Origin: Rickettsiales bacterium | Lineage (GTDB): Bacteria > Pseudomonadota > Alphaproteobacteria > Rickettsiales > UBA1997 | Length of the DNA stretch: 64,000 nt | Direction of reading: 5' to 3' | NCBI GenBank assembly: GCA_038123275.1 | Contig: JAYORG010000007.1 | Coordinates: 6,299-70,298, forward strand | Part shown: piece by piece, positions 19,219 to 29,381 of the stretch | Layout: each line of letters begins with the position of its first letter | How positions within the stretch are numbered: the stretch's first letter is position 1 | Made by a program: the position numbers and the translations under genes | The notes under the pieces: model-generated | The model's input: the letters and a program-made list of their open reading frames with translations, nothing else | Database searches by the model: none | What the model was told of the DNA's origin: nothing

Positions 19219-20637
19219 ATGACAAAATCATCATCAACTTCATATATTTTTAACCTTATTAAAGAACATGACATTAAATTCGTAGATTTTCGTTTCACGG
19301 ATTACAATGGTAAATGGCTTAATATTTCTCATTGCGCCGATCAAGTTAATGAAGAATCTTTAATTAGTGGCATTTCTTTTGATGGTTCTTCAGTTCCAGC
19401 TTGGAAAAAAATCAATGAATCTGACATGCTTTTAAAGCCGCAGATTGATTCTGCTTTTGTTGATCCTTTTGTTGCTATTCCAACTTTGGCTATAATTTGT
19501 GATGTTTTTGAACCAAGAACAAATGAAGGGTATGAAAAAGACCCAAGACATACTGCTAAATTAGCTGAGGAATATCTTGCAGCAAGTGGTATTGGCGATG
19601 CTGCTTATTTTGGTCCAGAACCAGAGTTTTTTGTTTTTGACAATGTTAGATTCCAAAGCAATGCTCAAGATTCTTTTTATAAAATTGACTCAACTGAAGA
19701 TAGTGTTAATAGTGGTACAGAATATGAAATGGGTAATTTAGGTCATCGTTCTCCCATCAAAGGTTCTTATTTTGATTCTTCACCAAATGATAGCACTAAA
19801 GATTTAAGAAATGACATGGCCCAATCTCTAAGAGATGTTGGCCTTGAGCCAATTTTACATCATCATGAAGTTGCAAATTCGCAAGTAGAGATAGGTTTTC
19901 AGTATAGTACTTTGGTAAATACTGCAGATAATATTCAAAAATTTAAGCATGCTATCAAGAATGTTGCTGATTCTTATGGCAAAACAGCAACTTTTATGCC
20001 AAAACCTGTTTTTGGTGATAATGGTTCTGGAATGCATGTTCATCAGTCAATTTGGAAAGATGGCAAGCCTTTATTTTTAGGAAAAGGCTATGCTAGTTTA
20101 TCTGAAATAGCAATTTATTATATTGGTGGAATTATTAAACATGCAAAAGCTTTAAATGCATTTACTAACCCATCAACTAATAGCTATAAAAGGTTAGTTC
20201 CTGGATTTGAAGCACCTGTTTTATTGGCATATTCATCTAGAAATAGATCAGCTTCAATTAGAATTCCATATGTTACTAACGAAAAAGCTAGAAGAATTGA
20301 AACTAGATTCCCAGACCCATCTGCTAACCCTTATCTAGCATTTTCTGCTATGTTAATGGCTGGTATTGATGGTATTAAAAATAAAATTCACCCAGGAAAG
20401 GCTGATGATAGAGATTTATATGAATTATCAGAAAAACAATTAAAGAAGGTACCTCATGTTGCTGGTTCTTTAGGGGAAGCTTTGAATGCTTTAAATAAAG
20501 ATAGATCTTTCTTAAAAGAAGGAGGTGTATTTACAGATGCTCAAATTGATGCTTATATTAATCTTAAAAGAGAAGAAGTTAAGAGGTATGAGCAAGTTCC
20601 TCACCCTTGTGAGTTTGAAATGTATTATTCGTGCTAA
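19219..20637 (+). CDS. glnA: glutamine synthetase, type I
   Basis: 472 aa. Motifs GSGMHVHQS, NSYKRLVPGFEAP, RIETRFPD. Confidence 0.93.
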   Translation: MTKSSSTSYIFNLIKEHDIKFVDFRFTDYNGKWLNISHCADQVNEESLISGISFDGSSVPAWKKINESDMLLKPQIDSAFVDPFVAIPTLAIICDVFEPRTNEGYEKDPRHTAKLAEEYLAASGIGDAAYFGPEPEFFVFDNVRFQSNAQDSFYKIDSTEDSVNSGTEYEMGNLGHRSPIKGSYFDSSPNDSTKDLRNDMAQSLRDVGLEPILHHHEVANSQVEIGFQYSTLVNTADNIQKFKHAIKNVADSYGKTATFMPKPVFGDNGSGMHVHQSIWKDGKPLFLGKGYASLSEIAIYYIGGIIKHAKALNAFTNPSTNSYKRLVPGFEAPVLLAYSSRNRSASIRIPYVTNEKARRIETRFPDPSANPYLAFSAMLMAGIDGIKNKIHPGKADDRDLYELSEKQLKKVPHVAGSLGEALNALNKDRSFLKEGGVFTDAQIDAYINLKREEVKRYEQVPHPCEFEMYYSC

Positions 20638-21089
20638 GAAATAGTTTTTTTACTATTCTTATACTAATATTTTGGAGCCAGGCCTTTCCAGCCCTGGCTT
20701 CTGTAAGATGCAGCAAGTTAGCTAATCCTAAGAATTATCTTGATGACTTATCTCTTAAAAAGGCAACAATATTTCAAGTATACACAAATCTTGAAGATGC
20801 TTACGAAGGAGTTAAAGCCGGATATTTAATTGATTTAAAAAAATCTCATCAAACTATAAGAGATAACTCAGACTTTTTATTATTTGCAGCATCAATATAC
20901 CCCACACAATATCAATTTCGGGCTTGGGCAAGTAATTGTCATGATATTGCTTACAAAGATCCTCTTTTACTAGAATTAGCCTCCAATAGATTAAAGGATA
21001 ATTCTAATTTTATAAAGAGCATAAAAGATTCTAGATATGCAAAGATATTTCTTGTTAAAAACCGTCGAAATAATAAGGGATTTAGATAG
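20631..21089 (+). CDS. hypothetical exported protein
   Basis: GTG start overlapping the glnA end. N-terminal signal-like segment FFTILILIFWSQAFPALA. No family recognised. Confidence 0.45.
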   Translation: MLRNSFFTILILIFWSQAFPALASVRCSKLANPKNYLDDLSLKKATIFQVYTNLEDAYEGVKAGYLIDLKKSHQTIRDNSDFLLFAASIYPTQYQFRAWASNCHDIAYKDPLLLELASNRLKDNSNFIKSIKDSRYAKIFLVKNRRNNKGFR

Positions 21090-21102
21090 AAAATTTCTGA
21101 TA

Positions 21103-21567
21103 TTATAATGGTTTAGCTACCATAAGATAAAAAATTCCAATAACTATAGGAAATGCCAGTGATCCAAGAATAATCCACCACATATCTATATGCCAATATT
21201 CTTTTGGTAGAGGCTGGTTTTTGTCCAAGGCTTCTTTTGCCATATTGCGCATTTTAATTTGTATCCATACAACTGGTAACCAGCATATGCCTACAAGAAA
21301 ATACAAAATCAATCCCAGAAATAGCCACATATCCGTTAGGTCATATCCTAAAATATTAACTAACCATAAACCCGTTATTAGTTGTACAATTATAGCAGGA
21401 GTAGTAAATATAAAATCAGCAATCACAACATTACGTACAGTATAGTAGATATATGTAACATTTTTTTGTCTATTTGCCATAAACATATAAAATGCACTAC
21501 CAATCCCCGTGCCAAATAATATTGTAGAACTAACAATATGAATCCATTTGATAATTATATAGTCCAT
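21103..21567 (-). CDS. DUF2269-like integral membrane protein
   Basis: 154 aa with four TM helices. Architecture typical of the family often found next to DUF4166/saccharopine dehydrogenase genes. Confidence 0.5.
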   Translation of the reverse strand: MDYIIIKWIHIVSSTILFGTGIGSAFYMFMANRQKNVTYIYYTVRNVVIADFIFTTPAIIVQLITGLWLVNILGYDLTDMWLFLGLILYFLVGICWLPVVWIQIKMRNMAKEALDKNQPLPKEYWHIDMWWIILGSLAFPIVIGIFYLMVAKPL

Positions 21568-21621
21568 TCTTAACCTAAAGTATTAATTGAAATAAATATA
21601 TCTAACTACATAATTAATCAC

Positions 21622-22230
21622 ATGAATAAAAATACACAACCCATATTTAAATCAATTTTTGGATCATCCTGGGATAAATTACCTTGTGTAATGAAGAAAC
21701 ATTATGCTAATCGTCCATATAGTATTGATATTGTTACGGTGGAAGGCATATTAGATATTAAGTTTAATTGGTTTGGAAGATTATGCACGCCATTATTCAA
21801 ATTATTTGGCACTTTAATACCATATCAAGGAAGAGGTATTAAAACAATAGTACATTATAAAAGCAGTCAATATGATAATACATTATTATTTGATCGTATT
21901 TCATATCTTCCAAATAAGAAACCTTTTTATTTTAGGTCTAAAATGGTTCCAATTAAGGATAAAAAAATCATAGAGTTTATGGGATTAGGGCTTGGATGGT
22001 GTATGAATTATGAGTATGAGGATAATTTAGTAAAGCTTAAACATCTTGGTTATGTTGTTAGAGTTTTGGGTATAAATATACCAGTACCTCTATCCTTTTT
22101 TATTGGAAAAGGATATGCACAGGAAAAAGCAATATCCGATAATAGCTTTGATATGTTTGTGACAATTACTCACCCTTTATGGGGTAAAATTTATGAATAT
22201 AAAGGCAAGTTTAATATAATAGAAAAATGA
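21622..22230 (+). CDS. DUF4166-like protein
   Basis: 202 aa. Position directly upstream of, and overlapping (ATGA), a saccharopine-dehydrogenase-family gene matches the usual DUF4166 context. Confidence 0.5.
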   Translation: MNKNTQPIFKSIFGSSWDKLPCVMKKHYANRPYSIDIVTVEGILDIKFNWFGRLCTPLFKLFGTLIPYQGRGIKTIVHYKSSQYDNTLLFDRISYLPNKKPFYFRSKMVPIKDKKIIEFMGLGLGWCMNYEYEDNLVKLKHLGYVVRVLGINIPVPLSFFIGKGYAQEKAISDNSFDMFVTITHPLWGKIYEYKGKFNIIEK

Positions 22231-23330
22231 AAAAAATACTAATATTAGGAGGGTATGGTAATTTTGGCTGGAGAATCTCAAGAGCTTTGGCAAAGGCTGA
22301 TGTTCCTATTATTATTTGTGGCCGCAATAAGCAAAAAGCTCAGAACTTGGCTGATAACTTAAAGGGTCAATTTCCTAATTCCAGCATTGAGACATCTTGT
22401 TTTGATGTGGATAAAGAGTTAAAAAAACAATTAAAATTACAAGAACCACTAGCAGTCATTAACACTTGTGGTCCATTTCAGAATAAAGATTACAAAATTG
22501 TTAAAAATTGTATAGCGACCAAAGCTCATTATATTGATCTTTCTGATGGAAGGGATTTTGTTAATAATATTGTCAGCTTAAATAAAATTGCTAAAGATAA
22601 TAATACATTGGTTGTAAGTGGGGCTAGTACAGTTCCTGGTATATCATCTGCAGTTCTTGAGGAATATAAAAATGAATTTTTAGAAATTGACTCACTCAAA
22701 TTTGGAATCTCACCGGGACAGAAGGCACCACGTGGATTAGCAACTACAAAAGCAATTCTTAGTTATGTTGGTAGAAAAATTAAACCATTTCCAGGAACAA
22801 AAAAAGATGTATATGGTTGGCAAGATTTATACAAGCAAGATTATCCAGAAATAGGAAAAAGATGGATGGCAAATTGTGAAATACCAGACTTAGATTTATT
22901 TTCGCAGTATTACAAAGTAAAGTCCATTAGATTTTCTGCAGGAATGGAAAGTAATGCACTTCATCTAGGCATCTGGTTAACATCTTGGTTAGTAAGAATT
23001 TTTCCATTTATTAAATTGCAAAAATATGGTAAAATTTTATTAAAAATAAGTAATTTATTCAACTTCTTAGGAACAGATGATGGTGGTATGCATGTAATAA
23101 TAAAAGGAAAAAGTAGAAATTCAAAGTTACTAATAAGAAAGTGGTTTATTATTGCCAAAAATGCAGATGGACCAAATATACCAACAATACCAGCTATATT
23201 AATTGCTAAAAAACTTTATAAAAATCAATTAAAATTACGAGGTGCAACGCCTTGCTTAGGATTAGTATCATTAAAAGAGTGTTTAAAAGAGTTAGAAGAA
23301 TTTGACGTTACAACCTATAGTTTTAAATGA
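22227..23330 (+). CDS. saccharopine dehydrogenase-family NAD(P)-binding protein
   Basis: N-terminal Rossmann motif ILILGGYGNFG; ~365 aa. Confidence 0.65.
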   Translation: MKKILILGGYGNFGWRISRALAKADVPIIICGRNKQKAQNLADNLKGQFPNSSIETSCFDVDKELKKQLKLQEPLAVINTCGPFQNKDYKIVKNCIATKAHYIDLSDGRDFVNNIVSLNKIAKDNNTLVVSGASTVPGISSAVLEEYKNEFLEIDSLKFGISPGQKAPRGLATTKAILSYVGRKIKPFPGTKKDVYGWQDLYKQDYPEIGKRWMANCEIPDLDLFSQYYKVKSIRFSAGMESNALHLGIWLTSWLVRIFPFIKLQKYGKILLKISNLFNFLGTDDGGMHVIIKGKSRNSKLLIRKWFIIAKNADGPNIPTIPAILIAKKLYKNQLKLRGATPCLGLVSLKECLKELEEFDVTTYSFK

Positions 23331-23339
23331 GAAGAGAAG

Positions 23340-23963
23340 CTAAACAGTATCAAACAAGATCGGAATATTAAATTCTAAAATTGAATCAGATGGTGGTTTT
23401 GGAAATGGAGCAGAAAGTTCTAATATTTTAATTGCTGCTTTATTAAAAAAATTATAGTTAGAATTTTCAACAATTTTATAAGAATTTAAACTGCCATTTT
23501 TATCTAATTTTACTTTTAACATAACTTTGGTTTTTATATCTTCTGGTGCTAAAGACATGCTAATATAAGATTTATTTTGTTCTATCTTATTAGCAATAAG
23601 ATTAACGTAGCTATTATTGTAATTTTTACCATTTTTTGCTGATAAATTTAGATTTAATCCGTCTTTTAAGTTAGAATCTTTGCTGCCTTTCCTTCTTTCT
23701 TGGGTTTCATTTTGAGATAAAACCATATTAGATGTTTTGTCTAATTTGGTAACAATAGATTTTTTATTTTTCTTAAAAAATTTAGTTTTAATTGATTCAA
23801 ACTCACTACCACTAATAACTGCAACTGGTTGAACTTGAGATGCAAAATTAAGATTGCTATTTTCACTGCTAAATATTTTTAGTAGTATTGCTACTATTAA
23901 AATGTGAAACAGAGCAGAAGCGGCAAAAGAATGGTATGTTTTTATTTTATCTAACCAATACAT
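23340..23963 (-). CDS. TonB-like energy transducer (TonB C-terminal domain protein)
   Basis: N-terminal TM anchor, a low-complexity linker, and a C-terminal ~80-aa domain (..FNKAAIKILELSAPFPKPP..). Divergent from a TonB-dependent receptor, with Fur boxes between them. Confidence 0.55.
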   Translation of the reverse strand: MYWLDKIKTYHSFAASALFHILIVAILLKIFSSENSNLNFASQVQPVAVISGSEFESIKTKFFKKNKKSIVTKLDKTSNMVLSQNETQERRKGSKDSNLKDGLNLNLSAKNGKNYNNSYVNLIANKIEQNKSYISMSLAPEDIKTKVMLKVKLDKNGSLNSYKIVENSNYNFFNKAAIKILELSAPFPKPPSDSILEFNIPILFDTV

Positions 23964-24004
23964 AAATTAATTTCGCTTTTCTTAAAATTTATTGTTGACT
24001 TTGT

Positions 24005-24023
24005 GATAATGGTTATCATTATT
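24005..24023. promoter_or_regulatory. Fur box 1
   Basis: GATAATGGTTATCATTATT matches GATAATGATAATCATTATC at 16 of 19 positions (counted by eye). Confidence 0.6.
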
Positions 24024-24038
24024 ACTTCTTTCTTAATT

Positions 24039-24057
24039 GAGAATGATAATTATTCTC
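24039..24057. promoter_or_regulatory. Fur box 2
   Basis: GAGAATGATAATTATTCTC matches the 19-bp Fur consensus at 16 of 19 positions. Palindromic ends GAGAAT/ATTCTC. Confidence 0.6.
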
Positions 24058-24090
24058 ATTTAATTACAAAAGTCAATATATTTAGTTAAA

Positions 24091-26295
24091 ATGTTTAAAA
24101 GAAGTTTATTTATCGGGTCATTATCAGTAGTTTTTTTAGTAAATTCAGCTGCTATTGCTGCTAATTCTTCACAAGTTCCAGCAATTGTAGTAAAAAAGAA
24201 TGAAAAAACAGGAGAATTTCAAATTCCTGATAATTTTGCTGGTTCGGCAACTTACATTTCACCAAAAGAAATAGAAGAAAGACAAACTAACGATATTCAA
24301 AGAATTGTTGCACAAGTTCCAGGTATCAATATTCAAGAAGAAGATGGTTATGGTTTGCGTCCAAATATTGGTATTAGAGGTAGTGGTAACGATAGAAGTG
24401 CTAATATAACATTAATGGAAGATGGTGTTTTAATTGCTCCAGCACCTTATAGTGCTCCTGCGGCTTATTATTTTCCTAGCATGGGAAGAGTTAAGGGAAT
24501 TGAGGTTAGAAAAGGTTCTTCTTCTATTAAATATGGTCCAAGAACAACTTCTGGTGCTTTAAATTTAATTACAACACAAATTCCAGAATTTTCTCGAGGT
24601 AGCTTTACAGGTTCACTTGGCAATTATGATGAGAAAAACTTTAACATTAACTATGGTGATTCAGCAAAAAATTATGGTTATGTAGTTAATTTTGATCAGC
24701 AATCTTCTGATGGATTTAAAGAATTAGATGGTGGTCAAACTAATGGTGGTAGTGCTAATACTGGTTATAATTTAACTGACTTTATTACTAAATTTCGTAT
24801 CAATACTGATAAAAATGCTGATATTTACCAAGCGTTAGAATTTAAAGTTGGTATTAATGACGAGTTATCACATGAAACTTACGTTGGCCTAGATTTAGGA
24901 GATTTTGTGAATAATCCTTATAGGAGATATAGAGGCAGTGCTCTTGATAATATGGAGGCTGAACATAGGCAATATGAGTTAAAACATTATATTGAACCCA
25001 ATAAAAAATTTAACTTAACTACCACTGCTTATTATCATGAATTTGATAGAAATTGGTACAAATTAAACAAGGTTGATGGTGTCAAGCTTGCTGATATTTT
25101 TAATGATACTAGTACTTATGCATCAGAGTTATCAGCTCTTAAGGGTGATGGATCTGGCACATTGGAAGTAAAGGCTAATAAGCGTAATTATGTTTCTCAG
25201 GGCATTCAGTCAATTGCAAATACTGATATTAAGTTTAGCAAGAATCATAAGCATAATTTAGAATATGGTATACGTTATCATGCGGATTATGAAGATCGTT
25301 TACAACATGCTGACGATTATACCATAGATAGTAGCGGTGTAATAAAATTATCAGCTGCTGGCACTGCTGGAGATGCTGGTAATAGAGTTAATTCTACTAG
25401 AGCTTTATCAACATTTATTGAGGATGAGATAGAACTTGGAAAGCTAACAATTGTTCTAGGAGTTCGCTTTGAACATATTGATCTTAAAAGAAAAGATTAT
25501 AATAATGCTTCTGATAGAAATTCACCAGCTGACACTACCAAAACCTCAGAAGATGTAATTGTTCCTGGTATTGCTACTAGCTATAAATTAGGTAATGACT
25601 TAAATATTTTTGCTGGTGTTCATAAAGGTTTTGCTCCTGCGGCACCTGGAAATCAGGCTGAATCTGAGGAATCAATAAATTATGAAGTTGGAACTCGTTA
25701 TCGTACTAGTAATAATTTATTCTTAGAAACGGTATTATTCTTTAATGATTATGATAATTTGCTTGGTGAAGAAGTTGGCTCTTTAGGAGATCAATATAAT
25801 GGTGGAGCTGTAGACGTAAAAGGTTTAGAATTTGCAACTTCTTATGAAGCTAAAGCAAAAATACTTGGTAGATTGATAAAATTCCCATTATTAGCATCTT
25901 ATACATACACTAAGGCAGAATTTAAAACCTCTTTTACAAGTGATTTAGACGAATGGGGTAGCGTAACATCAGGTGATGAAGTGCCTTACATAGCACCTCA
26001 TCAATTAACCATGGCATTTGGCACTGATTTTGATAAATTTTCTTTTAATTTATCAAATAAATTTGTGAGTGCCATGAGAACAGTTGCAGGAAAAGGTTCT
26101 ATTGCAAAAAATGAGAAAATTGCTTCACATTTTATTACTGATTTTGTTGGGTTTTATGAATTTAAACCAGATCAAAATATTTTCTTCGCCATTGATAATA
26201 TTTTTGATAAACAATATGCAGTTGCTGCAAGACCAGCTGGACTTAGACCTGGAAAGCCTTTAACAGCAAGAGTTGGATTTAAGGTTAATTTCTAA
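24091..26295 (+). CDS. TonB-dependent outer-membrane receptor (siderophore/iron type)
   Basis: Signal peptide, plug-domain motifs (IEVRKGSSSIKYGPRTTSGALNLIT), ~730 aa, C-terminal beta-strand ending in F (RVGFKVNF). Confidence 0.9.
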   Translation: MFKRSLFIGSLSVVFLVNSAAIAANSSQVPAIVVKKNEKTGEFQIPDNFAGSATYISPKEIEERQTNDIQRIVAQVPGINIQEEDGYGLRPNIGIRGSGNDRSANITLMEDGVLIAPAPYSAPAAYYFPSMGRVKGIEVRKGSSSIKYGPRTTSGALNLITTQIPEFSRGSFTGSLGNYDEKNFNINYGDSAKNYGYVVNFDQQSSDGFKELDGGQTNGGSANTGYNLTDFITKFRINTDKNADIYQALEFKVGINDELSHETYVGLDLGDFVNNPYRRYRGSALDNMEAEHRQYELKHYIEPNKKFNLTTTAYYHEFDRNWYKLNKVDGVKLADIFNDTSTYASELSALKGDGSGTLEVKANKRNYVSQGIQSIANTDIKFSKNHKHNLEYGIRYHADYEDRLQHADDYTIDSSGVIKLSAAGTAGDAGNRVNSTRALSTFIEDEIELGKLTIVLGVRFEHIDLKRKDYNNASDRNSPADTTKTSEDVIVPGIATSYKLGNDLNIFAGVHKGFAPAAPGNQAESEESINYEVGTRYRTSNNLFLETVLFFNDYDNLLGEEVGSLGDQYNGGAVDVKGLEFATSYEAKAKILGRLIKFPLLASYTYTKAEFKTSFTSDLDEWGSVTSGDEVPYIAPHQLTMAFGTDFDKFSFNLSNKFVSAMRTVAGKGSIAKNEKIASHFITDFVGFYEFKPDQNIFFAIDNIFDKQYAVAARPAGLRPGKPLTARVGFKVNF

Positions 26296-26444
26296 ATTAG
26301 CTAAAGGTAAAATAAAATGTTATTTTTGCATAAGTTCCAAAGTATTGTTGTTAATCTTGCGACAGTTGCTATTAGTTAATTGACAACAACATACACTAAA
26401 TATATGCTGCTTAGCCTAATCTAATTTATTTTTAGGGCATTTTG

Positions 26445-29294
26445 ATGAGTGATCAATCTATTACGCAACATCTCAAAAATTATTTGATTCCCAGGCTTAA
26501 GACATTATTTAGCAAATTAAAGCGTAAGTCTCAAAGAAAAACTAGTGATCTTACGGATATATTATCTCTTAATTTTACAAATGTTAAAAAACATAAAGTA
26601 GCTCTTAAAAGATATAAAAGAAAGAGCGTAGCTGCTTCTAGAAGAAAAAGTAAGCAAAATATTACCCAAGCTTATAGTGCATTTTCTTATATAATTGTTA
26701 TTTTATCAATTACTTGGGCTTGTTTAAACGCATTGTCAATTTATGAAAATCAGAAAGAGGACTTCCAAGAAAGAGTAGAAATACAAAAAGCTATCATTGA
26801 GGAGAATTTCAGTAATTCTATTAGTTTGGTTGATAATTTTTCTAGCTATGTTGGTGATAAAATTTTGCTTTTTGGCGTTAATGAAAAGAAGACAATCGCC
26901 ACAATGCTAAAGAAAAATAACAGTTCAGATCTAATGACTTCAGGTTCAATAGTTAGAAATGCTTATTCTTGGCTTGATGTTGATTATGTTAATAATGATA
27001 ACAAGTTAATAGTCTCTTCCGCAAAAGGAGTTTTACCAGAAAGAATGGATGTACCACATTATTATCCAGTTGATGAAGCTTTAAAAAAGAAATGGAGATT
27101 TAAATTGGGACGAGTAACGCGAATAAAAAGCTATTACGGAGATTATGATATTATACCAACAGCATTTTCCATTGATGATGATGACTCTAATCCTAGGGGT
27201 ACTTTAATCTCTAAAATTGTTATTAAAAAAGTAGAGGGCGATATTAGAAGGGGCATAGAAGATGAGGATGTTAGTTATATTATTATAAGTAGAGGTTTTG
27301 ATGTCATAGCTTATTCAACTAATGATTCTATATTGGATGATGAGAAAAAGAGATTATTTGTAAAACATAAATTGTCTGAAAATCAAGAACTAAAGAAGAT
27401 ATTTAAAAATTTTGATAAATTTAGTGCCAGTGGTAAGGATGGGCATTTACAGGAGGTAATAAATATTGGTAACACTAGCTATATTAGTTATCGTAAATCA
27501 GATTATCCTTTTATAATATTAGCTAGCTATTCTAAAAAAGTAATTTGGAGAGCCTTTAGACAAAGATTAGGTTATATTTTATTTCAATCTGTGTCTATTA
27601 CTTTTCTGTTTTTATCAGCTCTTTTCTTATTTAAAAGGGTACAAATTGTACCAATTATTAAGCAATTAATTAATGCTAGAGAAAAAGCTGAGGAAGCAAG
27701 TAAAGCAAAAAGTAACTTTTTATCAACAATTAGCCATGAGTTACGTACACCAATGAATGGTATTATTGGTATGAGTCAAATATTATCTGAGTCAAAAAAC
27801 CTAAATGATGAAGAGTGGGATCAAATTAAGACAATTCATAAATCAGCAGATGCATTACTATTAATTCTTAACGATATTCTAAACTTCTCTAAGATTGAGG
27901 CACAAAAAGTAGAGCTAGAAAAGATTGATTTTAATCTGCATGCATTAGTAGAAAATACAATTGATATTATGTCTCCATCTGCCATGAAGAAAAGTTTAGA
28001 GATTTTTATGCATGTTGATAAGGAGATTCCAAGAATTATGGTTGGAGATCCGGGTCGGATTAGACAAATTATTACTAACCTCATAAATAATGCCATAAAA
28101 TTTACTGCTAAAGGGCAAATATTTGTCGAAATATTACTTGAGAAAACTGTAAATGATAAACTTACGCTCAGATTTAATATTAGAGATAGTGGAATTGGTA
28201 TTAGAAAATCTGATCTAAATAATCTTTTTAAGAAATTTACCCAAGCTGATATGTCAACCACCAGGAAATATGGTGGTACTGGACTTGGTTTATCCATATG
28301 TAAAGAATTAGTCAGATTAATGAGTGGAAAAATAAGTATAGAAAGTGATGTTGGTAAGGGATCTAATTTTTGGTTTAGAATTCCTTTAATTAAATCAAAA
28401 GAAATTGCTGCGCCATTAAAAGCTAAAGAGAGGGCAAAAATAGAAAATAAAAAAGTTTTAGTAATAGAGCCTAATGAAATTGGCAGTCAGGTTTTAAGTG
28501 ATAATTTATCTAACTTATTTAAAATGGATATTGACTACCCTATATCCATGCAAAATCTTACTAGCGGTAATTTTCAGACTATTATAAAGCAAGTTAGAGA
28601 GAATGAATATAGTTCAATTTTAATTAGTGATTGTAGGGTTAGTAATTTTAGTGCTATTAGTTTAGCTAAAAAAATTAAACAATTAGATGATTTGGCTAAT
28701 ATTTCTTTAATATTGGTAATTTCTTCTTATGAAAAAGGAAAGTTATCAAGTGAAGATGTAGGATTATTTTCATCAATAATAACTAAGCCATTTAAGGAAG
28801 CTACATTGATAGAGTCAGTGTTGGATGCTTACAATATTAAATATAAAAAAGACAAAAGATCTTTGTCTGATAAGGCTCCTGAGCTAGTAATTGATTCAAA
28901 TAATAAAGCATATAGAATATTGATGTGTGAGGATAATCAAATAAATATGAAAGTAGCGGTCGCAGTTTTAAGCAGAATGGGATATGATATTGATATTTCA
29001 GAAAATGGTAAAGAAGGTTTGGAAAAGATATTTGACAGTAAAAGAAAAAATTATGACTTAGTTTTCATGGATTGCATGATGCCAGTAATGGATGGCTATA
29101 CAGCTACAAAGAAAATTAGGAAAATGGAGAAAGAAAAGAAAATGAAACCAATACCAATAATTGCTTTAACTGCTAATATAGCTCAAAATGATAAAGATAA
29201 ATGCTTTAAAGTTGGAATGAATGATTTTTTATCTAAGCCAATTCAAAGAGAGCAAGTAGAGGAAATAATGAAGAGATGGATTGATGTTGATTAG
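26445..29294 (+). CDS. hybrid sensor histidine kinase / response regulator
   Basis: Two TM segments flank a ~290-aa periplasmic region. H-box FLSTISHELRTPMNG, N/G boxes (NLINNAIKFT, GGTGLGLSICKELV), C-terminal receiver (DLVFMDCMMPVMDG ... ALTAN ... SKP). ATG at 26445; the track begins at TTG 26442. Confidence 0.9.
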   Translation: MSDQSITQHLKNYLIPRLKTLFSKLKRKSQRKTSDLTDILSLNFTNVKKHKVALKRYKRKSVAASRRKSKQNITQAYSAFSYIIVILSITWACLNALSIYENQKEDFQERVEIQKAIIEENFSNSISLVDNFSSYVGDKILLFGVNEKKTIATMLKKNNSSDLMTSGSIVRNAYSWLDVDYVNNDNKLIVSSAKGVLPERMDVPHYYPVDEALKKKWRFKLGRVTRIKSYYGDYDIIPTAFSIDDDDSNPRGTLISKIVIKKVEGDIRRGIEDEDVSYIIISRGFDVIAYSTNDSILDDEKKRLFVKHKLSENQELKKIFKNFDKFSASGKDGHLQEVINIGNTSYISYRKSDYPFIILASYSKKVIWRAFRQRLGYILFQSVSITFLFLSALFLFKRVQIVPIIKQLINAREKAEEASKAKSNFLSTISHELRTPMNGIIGMSQILSESKNLNDEEWDQIKTIHKSADALLLILNDILNFSKIEAQKVELEKIDFNLHALVENTIDIMSPSAMKKSLEIFMHVDKEIPRIMVGDPGRIRQIITNLINNAIKFTAKGQIFVEILLEKTVNDKLTLRFNIRDSGIGIRKSDLNNLFKKFTQADMSTTRKYGGTGLGLSICKELVRLMSGKISIESDVGKGSNFWFRIPLIKSKEIAAPLKAKERAKIENKKVLVIEPNEIGSQVLSDNLSNLFKMDIDYPISMQNLTSGNFQTIIKQVRENEYSSILISDCRVSNFSAISLAKKIKQLDDLANISLILVISSYEKGKLSSEDVGLFSSIITKPFKEATLIESVLDAYNIKYKKDKRSLSDKAPELVIDSNNKAYRILMCEDNQINMKVAVAVLSRMGYDIDISENGKEGLEKIFDSKRKNYDLVFMDCMMPVMDGYTATKKIRKMEKEKKMKPIPIIALTANIAQNDKDKCFKVGMNDFLSKPIQREQVEEIMKRWIDVD

Positions 29295-29381
29295 ACAAAC
29301 CTGTCATAAGTCTTTTTGAATGTCAGGTTCTAAGTAAAAAGCTACCTAATTTCCACTCAAAACTAGAACAATTTAAGAAAG

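Noticed and set aside
29295-29381. Hairpin AACCTGTCA...TGTCAGGTT after the hybrid kinase gene, considered as a rho-independent terminator. Also the 8-bp stem CAGGGCTG/CAGCCCTG at ~30093-30132.
   Set aside because: Neither stem is followed by a T tract. One has a mismatch and the other a 24-nt loop, so they were not annotated as terminators.
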